A stretch of DNA of 64,000 nt, taken from the NCBI GenBank assembly GCA_011364925.1, contig RDOA01000001.1:61997-125996 (forward strand), read 5' to 3'. Positions 46,324-55,248 of this stretch are shown here, piece after piece. How positions within the stretch are numbered: the stretch's first letter is position 1; every line of letters starts with the position of its first letter. The notes beneath the pieces were generated by a model that saw only the letters and a list, made by a program, of their open reading frames with translations, was not told the DNA's origin and did not search any database. This DNA comes from Promethearchaeota archaeon (lineage in GTDB: Archaea > Asgardarchaeota > Lokiarchaeia > Sigyniarchaeales > SOKP01). Position numbers and translations under genes: made by a program.

Positions 46324-47271
46324 ATGGATATCTTCACTCATTTTGTCTTTGGTAGTTTGATGTATTTACTCTTCTTAAAGGAGGTTACTTTCGAATACTT
46401 ATTTATAGCTGCATTTTTCTCAATATTACCTGACTTAGATGTATTTTTAGCACCTTTGAGAAGAATTATAAAATCAAAGTATCTTGAACATCGTGGAGGC
46501 TCTCATTCTTACCTCGTTGGAATAATTCTTTCATTCGTAATTGGTCTAATAATTTCATACTTCACCCATCTACCGTTTTACTTAGTGTGGATAATAGGGT
46601 CGATATTTTTTGGTTTACATGTGTCAATGGATTTGCTTACCACGACTAGCATTCCTTTTTTATACCCGCTCTCTAAAAGAGAACATTGTTTCTACATTGA
46701 AAAGGCAGGAAGTATGTTTACATTTATAAGTTCAATAATCTTTTTACTTCTTCCGATGGTGGTGTTCAGGATTTTTAGAGGGATGCTCTTTTTTCAGATA
46801 TACATCAATGTTTACACTTATTTCTTTCTATTATATTATTTGTATCGAATAATATCAAAAATCTATATTTCTACCACCCTTGAAAAAGACCAAAAATATT
46901 TTCCTGGAATATTACCCTTTCATTACAGGCTCTACACTTATAAAATAAATGGAAATAATATTGTTTCTAGCGTTGAAAAAAAATCTCACTTTTCAAAAAA
47001 AACCGATATAATACAAATGAACTTTACCTTGACTGACCAAGAAAAACTGTTTTTTGAGAAAGCTAAAGAGTTAATACGGAAACATTATTATTTTGCGAAA
47101 TGGACATTATTCCCAATCTTCGTTCGAAATGATGGACTATTTTCCGTTAAATTCTTCTTTTTAGAATCGATGATGCGTAAAAGAACAATGTACGTACAGT
47201 ACGATTTTGACTTAGACAAGTATGATCCGGTTAATTATTTTCAAAAATCTGGTCCAATTCAAACCACATAA
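46324..47271 (+). CDS. Membrane-bound metal-dependent hydrolase (YdjM-like)
   Basis: MDIFTH, LPDLD, HRGGSHS, HVSMD motifs with TM segments. Confidence 0.8.
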   Translation: MDIFTHFVFGSLMYLLFLKEVTFEYLFIAAFFSILPDLDVFLAPLRRIIKSKYLEHRGGSHSYLVGIILSFVIGLIISYFTHLPFYLVWIIGSIFFGLHVSMDLLTTTSIPFLYPLSKREHCFYIEKAGSMFTFISSIIFLLLPMVVFRIFRGMLFFQIYINVYTYFFLLYYLYRIISKIYISTTLEKDQKYFPGILPFHYRLYTYKINGNNIVSSVEKKSHFSKKTDIIQMNFTLTDQEKLFFEKAKELIRKHYYFAKWTLFPIFVRNDGLFSVKFFFLESMMRKRTMYVQYDFDLDKYDPVNYFQKSGPIQTT

Positions 47272-47404
47272 TTATCCCATACTTATTTTAATGTAACTTC
47301 TCAGAATAGATTACCCAAATTCAAAATATTTATAGCATTTAGGCAAATAGATAGAATATATTTTATAAACATATATTAAAAAAATCTAAAAAAAATAATA
47401 AAAT

Positions 47405-49510
47405 GTGAATAACATGTCTGAATGGTTTATTCTTGTTGCATTGATAGCTGGAGTTGTTGCTATTCTTATAGCAGCTTATTTTGCGCGAATTGTTCTAAAA
47501 AAGGATCCTGGAAACGAACGAATGATTGAAGTTTCGGGATACATTGAGAAGGGGGCAAAAACATTTATCAAAGTTCAATATAAGGTATTAGCGGTTTTTG
47601 TGATAGCCTTGGCTTTGATTATTATGTTTTTTATTCAATCACCTAAGGGGTCCATAGTTAATTGGGAACAATCTGTTGCTTATGTCATTGGATCTGTGTG
47701 TTCAATGTTGGCAGGATGGATGGGAATGTATGTAGGCGTTAAAGCAAATACAAGATCGGCTCAAGCGTGCACAAAAGGAGTCAAGGCTGGTTTTGATGTA
47801 GCCTTCTTCGGTGGTGCGTTTATGGGACTAGCTGTTGTAGGCTCCGCTTTAATAGGAATTTCTATAGTTTATTTAATATTTCAAACTCCATTAGTTGTTT
47901 TAGGTTTTAGTTTTGGAGCAAGCAGTATTGCGTTATTCATGAAATGCGGTGGGGGTATTTATACAAAAACTGCCGATGTAGGTGCTGATCTAGTAGGAAA
48001 AGCTGAATATAATCTTCCTGAAGATGATCCGAGAAATCCTGCTACTATTGCCGATAATGTGGGTGATAATGTAGGTGATATAGCTGGTATGGGCTCTGAT
48101 TTATTTGATTCTTATGTGGCATCTATCTTAGCAGCCATGATACTCGCAACATTTTTAGGATTTGTAGATCCCAACAATGAATCAACATTTATCGTATTTC
48201 CCCTTGTGTTATGTGGTGTGGGTTTGATTTCTTCAGTGATAAGTATTTACTTGATAAAGTGGAAAGGATCAGAAGATCCTGGCAAATCTTTGAATTATGG
48301 AACCTATATTGCAACCCTAATCTTTGCTGGATTAGCGGCATTATTTGCATTTCTCATGACATTGGGTGCTACCGGAGATATAATTTTAAAAATCTGGAAA
48401 AATTATGTAGCTACTTTATTCGGACTTGGGAGTGGTATCTTAATAGGTTTCACTAGTGATTATTTTACCAGAGACGATAAAAAACCTACTCATAATATTG
48501 CTGAATCTTCTAAGGAAGGTCATGCTGTTGTAATTCTTTCTGGTTTTGCGTACGGTCTTATAAGCGTTGCTCCTGCGGCAATTGGTATTGTAATTGCTAT
48601 GGTTTTTTCTTACCTCTTAGATGGAATATTTGCTATAGCAATGGCTGCAGTTGGAATGCTTTCAATAGTAGGAACGATAGTATCAAATGATGCTTACGGT
48701 CCAATTGTAGATAACGCTCGAAGTATTGCGGAACAAGGAGATCTAGGAGAAGAAACTATTCGTATCGCTGATAGAATGGATTCGGCTGGAAATACTGCTA
48801 AAGCAATAACTAAAGGTTTTGCGATAGGTGCAGCCAACTTAACTGTAATCGCATTATTGTTTTCCTACAATGAAGACGCAAAACAGAGATTATTCGACTT
48901 AGGTCTCCCTACTATAAACTTAAGTTTATTAAATATCGATGTGTTAATCGGAGCATTCATAGGGGTGATCGTTCCAGCATTGTTTTCTGCGCTGTTAATT
49001 CTTGCTGTTCAACGAAATGCTGCAAAAATGGTTGATGAAATTAGGCGTCAATTTGAGTCTAATCCGAAAATTCTAAAAGGTGAAGAAGCTGCTGATTTTA
49101 CTAAAACCGTTAGTATAGCAACTAAAGGTGCTCTACGTGAATTAATTCTTCCGAGCATCATCTCAATCGCCGTTCCATTAGCTGTAGGATTTCTTTTTGG
49201 TGTAGCAGCATTAGGTGCATTCCTTGCAGCATCAATCTTGTCTGGATTCGTATTTGCTATTTTCATGGCTAATGCCGGAGGCTCTTGGGACAATGCGAAG
49301 AAATGGATAGAGGATGGAAACCTTGGTGGTAAAGGCACTGAAATACATAAAGCTTCCATTACGGGAGATACGGTTGGTGATCCTTTCAAGGATACTGCTG
49401 GCCCAAGTATCAACACACTTCTTGTAGTAATGTCATTGACTGCGACCATCTTCATGCCGCTGTTTGCTGCACTCAGTCCTTTCGGTTTGATTATCTTCCC
49501 AATGCTATAA
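47405..49510 (+). CDS. hppA: Membrane-integral H+-translocating pyrophosphatase, predicted K+-independent
   Basis: GGGIYTKTADVGADLVGK..PEDDPRNP..ADNVGDNVGD, GDPFKDTAGP; GNTAK has Lys at the Ala/Lys position that marks K+-independence. Confidence 0.95.
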   Translation: MNNMSEWFILVALIAGVVAILIAAYFARIVLKKDPGNERMIEVSGYIEKGAKTFIKVQYKVLAVFVIALALIIMFFIQSPKGSIVNWEQSVAYVIGSVCSMLAGWMGMYVGVKANTRSAQACTKGVKAGFDVAFFGGAFMGLAVVGSALIGISIVYLIFQTPLVVLGFSFGASSIALFMKCGGGIYTKTADVGADLVGKAEYNLPEDDPRNPATIADNVGDNVGDIAGMGSDLFDSYVASILAAMILATFLGFVDPNNESTFIVFPLVLCGVGLISSVISIYLIKWKGSEDPGKSLNYGTYIATLIFAGLAALFAFLMTLGATGDIILKIWKNYVATLFGLGSGILIGFTSDYFTRDDKKPTHNIAESSKEGHAVVILSGFAYGLISVAPAAIGIVIAMVFSYLLDGIFAIAMAAVGMLSIVGTIVSNDAYGPIVDNARSIAEQGDLGEETIRIADRMDSAGNTAKAITKGFAIGAANLTVIALLFSYNEDAKQRLFDLGLPTINLSLLNIDVLIGAFIGVIVPALFSALLILAVQRNAAKMVDEIRRQFESNPKILKGEEAADFTKTVSIATKGALRELILPSIISIAVPLAVGFLFGVAALGAFLAASILSGFVFAIFMANAGGSWDNAKKWIEDGNLGGKGTEIHKASITGDTVGDPFKDTAGPSINTLLVVMSLTATIFMPLFAALSPFGLIIFPML

Positions 49511-49630
49511 TAAACTATCTTAAATTAAACTTTATTTTTTTAAAATTTAATTTTATTTTTATTCTCTTTTCAATGTTCTTTTAATGAAAATTTCGAATTT
49601 TGTTTTTAGGTTCTAATTTTCAAAAAAAAA

Positions 49631-50449
49631 TTATTGGTCTTCGTTATTATTATCAGATGCTAGTTTTTGGATTCCTTTTACCGAAAAGGCATTTGTAAAA
49701 CCAGCTATGGGCAAATTAGCAGGTACCATAATTATTGTGCTTTTCCCCGTTACTGCTGCTTCATAGAGCAGGTTCATCCATCGTAATTCCATTGCTTTTT
49801 CATTTTTTGTATATTCTTCAGCAGCTTCTACCATTTTAAACGAAGCTTGAGCTTCAGCAGTAGCTAATATTACACGAGCTTGACGTTCTCTTTCAGCTTC
49901 AGCTTGTCGAGCCATCACATCAATTAAATTCTGAGGTAAAACCACGTCTCGAACTTCAACACTCGTAACTTTAATCCCCCATCGTTCGGTCTTAGAATCG
50001 ATGATTTCTTGTAAATGTGCACTTATTTTGTCTCGTTCACTTAATAATTCATTTAGATCTACCTTACCCATAACTTCTCGCAATGTCGATTGAGCTGCCC
50101 AATTTGTTGCTACTAAATATTCTTCAACCTCTAAAAAAGCTTTTTGTGGGTCTACAACTTTATAATACATTATTGCATCCACGCTTACACTAACGTTATC
50201 CTTTGTTAGAGTCTGCTCGCTCCTAAAGGTGTAGGTTAACACTCTGGTTGATAATTTCATCGGTATAGTATAAATTCCCCTTAAGTACCAAATTAAACCC
50301 GGTCCTTTTAATCCCTTATATTTACCAAATTTTAATAATGGCGCTTTTTCCCATTGTTTTATTACTTTAAGACCGCTTATAAACCAGATAAATAGGATAA
50401 AAGCGATGATAGAGATTAGAGTGTAAATAATTGTTTGTTCTAAAGCCAT
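49631..50449 (-). CDS. SPFH/stomatin (slipin) family protein
   Basis: N-terminal TM, TKDNVSVSVDA, WGIKVTSVEVRD, QAEAERERQA. Confidence 0.92.
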   Translation of the reverse strand: MALEQTIIYTLISIIAFILFIWFISGLKVIKQWEKAPLLKFGKYKGLKGPGLIWYLRGIYTIPMKLSTRVLTYTFRSEQTLTKDNVSVSVDAIMYYKVVDPQKAFLEVEEYLVATNWAAQSTLREVMGKVDLNELLSERDKISAHLQEIIDSKTERWGIKVTSVEVRDVVLPQNLIDVMARQAEAERERQARVILATAEAQASFKMVEAAEEYTKNEKAMELRWMNLLYEAAVTGKSTIIMVPANLPIAGFTNAFSVKGIQKLASDNNNEDQ

Positions 50450-50836
50450 AAAAACACCTCTTTTTTATTATAACAATATTCTTATATCTATGCTATAGAT
50501 AACTAATTCAGTTAAAAAATGTGGTCCTAATAAATCTTAGAGGAAAAATTAAATAAAGCTATGAAAAGTTACATAATTTTCTTTTCTGCGATTAAAAATA
50601 AATTAATGATAAGTATCTAAATACATTAATTCTAATTGATTAGAAAAACCTAATAACCTATATCGATGATATATAAATGAATTTTATGCTTTCCTCCAAG
50701 GAAATCTATTTATCAACTTTTATAATTTTGTCTTAAGACAGCATATATATGTCTATACCTATATTCTTACGAACAACCACAAATATCTAGCTAGAATAAA
50801 ATAAAAATATAAGACTGATTAACCAAGATATATTTA

Positions 50837-51562
50837 ATGAGATCTCAAAGATTGACCTTAGGAATATTAACTATTTTTCTCTGCCTTTATTATTTTACTA
50901 TACCCATTCAAGCACTACAAACCTCCCCAACATTTCGGCTAGGTGATACTTGTTTGCCAATGGACGAAGATGGTTTCATAGAATACGATTTTGAATCATC
51001 TCTTGCTACGACACTTGAAAAAGTAGAGATGAAGATTATTGATATTTATCAATTCGGTATCAGTCCTCCATTATTGGTTGTAAATATTTCTGTGAGTAAA
51101 TTAAATTCCACCAATAATGAATACGAGGCATTACTCGTGGATTCAATAGAATTCGCTAACCAAACCTGTTTACAGTATAATAAAACAGAACAATACTTTC
51201 GGTATCACCAAAGTATGGAGAACCTGTTAATTAATGGATACGGAGGGTTTTTCTTAATGCCTTGCGATCCTGTTGATATTAACCTTGTTAAAGGCTACAT
51301 CGATACTTATACTACATGGTCTGCAGCTATCGAGGAAAACACGATTACGATTGATATTAATAACGATCAGGTCGTCCTCTTATATAGCGATCAAGGAATT
51401 TTAATAAGAGAAGAGGTAATCTCAGCTGGTCAAGTAGTATCCACATTAAGCATTAGCATCCCGAGCGAACCTAGCATTTCATTTGGAGGCTTATTTCCTT
51501 TATTTTTCATAACAGCTCTCATTGGAGCTATATTTATCAAATGGAATACAAGAAATCGATGA
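50837..51562 (+). CDS. Secreted protein with C-terminal ISFG+TM anchor
   Basis: Signal peptide; ends PSISFGGLFPLFFITALIGAIFIKWNTRNR. Confidence 0.7.
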   Translation: MRSQRLTLGILTIFLCLYYFTIPIQALQTSPTFRLGDTCLPMDEDGFIEYDFESSLATTLEKVEMKIIDIYQFGISPPLLVVNISVSKLNSTNNEYEALLVDSIEFANQTCLQYNKTEQYFRYHQSMENLLINGYGGFFLMPCDPVDINLVKGYIDTYTTWSAAIEENTITIDINNDQVVLLYSDQGILIREEVISAGQVVSTLSISIPSEPSISFGGLFPLFFITALIGAIFIKWNTRNR

Positions 51563-51795
51563 GTTATTTGTTTCTAAGCACCAGAGACGATTTTACATTC
51601 ATTTAAGATACAAATATTACACGTAAAATTACTCAGACATAAACCATAATATATAGTCACAAGAAAATTTAGTCAAAAAGGCACATCCACTCCCATTTGG
51701 AAGATAACTCATTTTTTTTTATCATTTTGTTTAAAGAAAACATATAAAAAGACTAGTTTTTACAATCTTATTAAAATACATGAAAGGAACTAACT

Positions 51796-52539
51796 ATGGA
51801 GCCTACTGTTATAGAAGTAACTGGAGGAATATTAAGCCTATGTTATATAACTATAACGCTGATTTTAAGCATTATTTTAATCTATAAGTATTTTAAACTC
51901 CAATATAAAGAAGTTCTTTACGTTGGAATGGCACTCGTGGGTTTGGCGGGACCATGGTTTCCAGAAGGACTAGGCTTTTTATTAATATTAGTAACTGGAG
52001 GAGGATTAAGTGATGTATTTTACTTAAACGGTGTTATAACAATCTTTATCGTTTTTACGGCGTATCTACCTGTAGCACTCTTGTTTTGGTTATCAGCAAT
52101 TATGAAACTTGTAAACTTTGAGAAATCAAAGCTATACTTAAGGATTTCTCTGGTACTTGCTGCTATTTTCGAGATTGTATTTTTCGTGTTCGCAATCGTT
52201 GATTTAAGATTAATTGGCACCTTTATTGATGTGTTCAATTCTAGAGAAAGTACCTTTATATTCGTCTTTTATATGTGTTCTATGATCATTTTATTAATTA
52301 CTGCGATCATGTTTTCGTATGTTTCAATGAAATCGGAAAGTCGCAAAGTTAGATTGAAAGGCAAACTTTTTCTAATAAGTATGATCCTCTTCTTAATAGG
52401 TGGATTTATTGCTACAATCGCAACTGACATCATTCTTCTTATAATCTCGAGGGTCGTTTTAGTGTTCTGTTCAATTACACTCTATTTAGGCCTTTTATTA
52501 CCAAATCAAATACTAAAATTATTGAAAATAACTGAATAA
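51796..52539 (+). CDS. Stand-alone 7-TM membrane protein
   Basis: Seven hydrophobic segments in 247 aa; basic loop RKVRLKGK between TM5 and TM6. Confidence 0.75.
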   Translation: MEPTVIEVTGGILSLCYITITLILSIILIYKYFKLQYKEVLYVGMALVGLAGPWFPEGLGFLLILVTGGGLSDVFYLNGVITIFIVFTAYLPVALLFWLSAIMKLVNFEKSKLYLRISLVLAAIFEIVFFVFAIVDLRLIGTFIDVFNSRESTFIFVFYMCSMIILLITAIMFSYVSMKSESRKVRLKGKLFLISMILFLIGGFIATIATDIILLIISRVVLVFCSITLYLGLLLPNQILKLLKITE

Positions 52540-52689
52540 CTTAATCACTTTTTTTATTTTATTACTTAACAGATAAAATCATAAAAAAGCAGTTTTTAAA
52601 GCTGTTATTCTTAGTAATAGTGTTAATAACTTCTAAATTCATAAAAGAAGATGGAAAAATATATAAAACAATAATTTTTAATCTTTCAG

Positions 52690-53019
52690 TGACACATGAG
52701 ATATGGGGCTGACGGTGAACTTGATTCGCTGAGGAACCTCGCCTCACGTTTCCAAACTTGGAGTAGAGAACTACTACGGTGAAAACCGTATTTTAGCAAC
52801 TGAAACGGCACTGCCCTTTTACGCACATTAATGACTTGGATGTAAGCCAGAGAAATTGTAATCGGGAACGGTTGGAACGAGCTAAAACCAGGGTGCAAGG
52901 CCAAATGAAAGCGATGAAGATTTGGAACGAGCTTTAGGTAGGCCGCTTAGTTTGATGCCCCACCTATTTTTTGGCAACGAAAAATAGGACAAAAAGGCGG
53001 GTATATATCTCAGGTGTCA
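52690..53019 (+). ncRNA. rnpB: Archaeal RNase P RNA (type A)
   Basis: P1 TGACAC-A-TGAGAT/ATCTCA-G-GTGTCA; P2 GGGGC/GCCCC; CR-I GAGGAACCTCGCCT pairs (bulged U) with CR-V ACAAAAAGGCGGGTA; GCAACTGAAAC, GGTTGGAACG, GGTGCAAGGCCAAA, GGTAGGCCGCTTAG; P19 hairpin CCTATTTTT..AAAAATAGG; T-tract follows. Confidence 0.93.
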
Positions 53020-53072
53020 TCCTTTTTTCCAATTGACTAACTACATTGCAAAATTAAATTCAGTAGGAATTG

Positions 53073-53690
53073 TTAAAAATCTCTTGACTTTCCCTTCATA
53101 TCAAAATCTGCGATAACCCCGCTTCTATTCTTAAATTCCCAATTTCTGTCAAAATCGTTGTACTTCCAGAAATGGGTATTACATATCCGTAGATTCTTAA
53201 GGAATATACCGTATGGTGAATTTTCAATCGTTTGCGGATTGATTCCATCAAGTCCAGGGGTATATGACAGTTTCATTTCGCCGTATGGCATTTTGATATG
53301 GAATGTGTTATTCTCTTGCTCTAAACTAATATCCACATATCTAATACCTAAAGTTTTTTTTAAAAGAATACTACCAGGGATATTGTTTATAAAAAAAGGT
53401 TCTATATACCTTCTCTGTTCCTCTGAGGTTTCACTATTAATATAGAGTCCTCCTTCTCCCCCTTTAGTTAAAACATCTGCAGCCTTATTTGAAAACAAAT
53501 CTACTACATTTATTGCTAATACTCCACTGATATCCACTTCACCGATCTTCCCTTCGTTAATTTGGAATAATTGAAATGATTTACAAGGAGTTTCACGGTC
53601 TCTACCGAAATAAAACGAGCAATGACCTTCAGAGGCACACGCTTCATACCATTTACCTTTTGTGCTCCAACTTATTCGTTCTTTTGACAT
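53073..53690 (-). CDS. DUF1326-like protein
   Basis: W..KG.W.EAC....C, I.EG..G.VD.SG and YI....SEEQR pattern recalled for DUF1326; Cys motif reduced. Confidence 0.6.
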   Translation of the reverse strand: MSKERISWSTKGKWYEACASEGHCSFYFGRDRETPCKSFQLFQINEGKIGEVDISGVLAINVVDLFSNKAADVLTKGGEGGLYINSETSEEQRRYIEPFFINNIPGSILLKKTLGIRYVDISLEQENNTFHIKMPYGEMKLSYTPGLDGINPQTIENSPYGIFLKNLRICNTHFWKYNDFDRNWEFKNRSGVIADFDMKGKSRDF

Positions 53691-53795
53691 AAAATTCCAT
53701 CCCTTATGGATTAGAATACCTTTTAATTATGAATTACTCAATATATTAAATGGATAGGATGGAATTTATATATATGGTTAGAAACAATCAACTTT

Positions 53796-53909
53796 TTATT
53801 CTTCGTCAATTAAACTAAATGTGCCTTCTTCATTACCACATATGGGACATTTTTCAGGAATATCATCATTCTCGAACAAAGATCCACAAGTGTCGCATTT
53901 CCAACTCAT
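53796..53909 (-). CDS. 37-aa rubredoxin-like (CxxC..CPxC) microprotein
   Basis: Translates MSWKCDTCGSLFENDDIPEKCPICGNEEGTFSLIDEE*; below the ORF-track cutoff. Confidence 0.85.
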   Translation of the reverse strand: MSWKCDTCGSLFENDDIPEKCPICGNEEGTFSLIDEE

Positions 53910-53998
53910 CGACTTTTAATTTCACTGATACAAAGTATGTAAAGTGTTATCGATAAACAACTAAAACAATAATTAAAATATTGTTATTTAAAGTTTAG

Positions 53999-54829
53999 CT
54001 AATGCGTTCCATTACTTTCAATCAGTTTCAGTTCCGTTTCACTCAAGGAAATATCTGCTGCTTTAGCGTTTTCCTCCACATGCTTTATGTGGAATGCTTT
54101 AGGAATAGACATTACATTTTTATGGTTAATTAACCAAGCTATTGCTATTTGTTGAATAGTAGCATTATGTGATTCTGCTATCTTGTTAATTGTTTCTCTT
54201 AATTCTCCTTTCAAAGAAGTATAGCCTCTATGTCCTAATGGACTATAGGCAGTTAAAGTTACTCCCTTTTCCGTATAATATGGTAAGGAATCCACAATGT
54301 GCTCTTGTTTAGTAATATTAGCGTGTAATTGATTTGTGACCAGTTCGGCGTTAAGGTATGTTTGACTCTTTTTGAACTGTTCTACTGAAAAATTGCTTAC
54401 GCCTACGTATCTAGCCTTTCCTTCTTTTATCAAAAAATCCAATATTTTCATTTGTTTTTGCTTAGAGGTTATCGGAGATGGCCAATGGATCAAGTATAAA
54501 TCAAAATTTTTTATACCTAAACGCTTTAAACTTCTATACGCTGCTTTTTTCATAGCATTAAATCCCATATGCATAGGAAATAATTTACTAGTAATAAACA
54601 ACTCATCTCTATCGTATTCAGCTATAACCTCTCCGACAGTTTTTTCCGAAGTTCCAAGTCCATAAAACTCAGCTGTATCTATATGAGTCATCCCAAGTTC
54701 TATTCCTTTTCGTAGAGAGCTTTTCCACGAGTTATAGTATTCTTTATTTTTTCCTTTCTTAATTCCCCAAGTACCTTGACCAAGAATAGGAATTTGTTCT
54801 CCCGTTTTTCCTAAATTAATTTTTCTCAT
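53999..54829 (-). CDS. Aldo/keto reductase
   Basis: LGQGTW, IDTAEFYG, FITSK, DLYLIHWP, GVSNFS, AYSPLG, IPKA; ATG 54829 (MRKINLGKTG) preferred over 54862. Confidence 0.92.
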   Translation of the reverse strand: MRKINLGKTGEQIPILGQGTWGIKKGKNKEYYNSWKSSLRKGIELGMTHIDTAEFYGLGTSEKTVGEVIAEYDRDELFITSKLFPMHMGFNAMKKAAYRSLKRLGIKNFDLYLIHWPSPITSKQKQMKILDFLIKEGKARYVGVSNFSVEQFKKSQTYLNAELVTNQLHANITKQEHIVDSLPYYTEKGVTLTAYSPLGHRGYTSLKGELRETINKIAESHNATIQQIAIAWLINHKNVMSIPKAFHIKHVEENAKAADISLSETELKLIESNGTH

Positions 54830-55248
54830 AATTTTAAAAAAATCATCGCAGAATTTAATCATCTACATTTATAATTATAATCATTTTTTGAAAAAATTCA
54901 AGATGAGATTAGGAGTTAGAATAACTGTTTTAATGTACTTAGACTAGTAATTATCTGTAATTAATTCTATCTATTTTGCCATACAAGAATTAAGCTTTTA
55001 AATCTAGCACTGGATAAAGACGACATAATTAATTGAGCTTCTTGATTTTCCCTTTTTTCACGGGATAAAACGAGACAGACAAAAAATTATATATATTTTG
55101 TGAAATCATAAAATAATATTATAATAAGGCGTTAATAACCTCCAATAAATTTGGGTTTTGTGCGCTTCGTATAATGTCATAGGGATCATCGTTATCCAAA
55201 TTTAGTAAAAACATAAGTTTGTAATTATATTCAGCAAAGGCGATAATC

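Noticed and set aside
41843-50758. Weak matches to the TetR-like motif upstream of 41870 and 50837
   Set aside because: Too degenerate to distinguish from the AT-rich background.
51796-52539. Microbial rhodopsin or schizorhodopsin
   Set aside because: No DxxxK-type retinal lysine in helix 7.
52562-52904. Two short minus-strand ORFs (61 and 72 aa)
   Set aside because: They are antisense shadows of the RNase P RNA.
26-54665. Many 60-200 aa ORFs nested in or antisense to long genes (e.g. 26-424, 4268-4570, 5241-5825, 29777-30088, 49048-49455)
   Set aside because: They overlap well-supported genes and have no motifs or ribosome-binding context.
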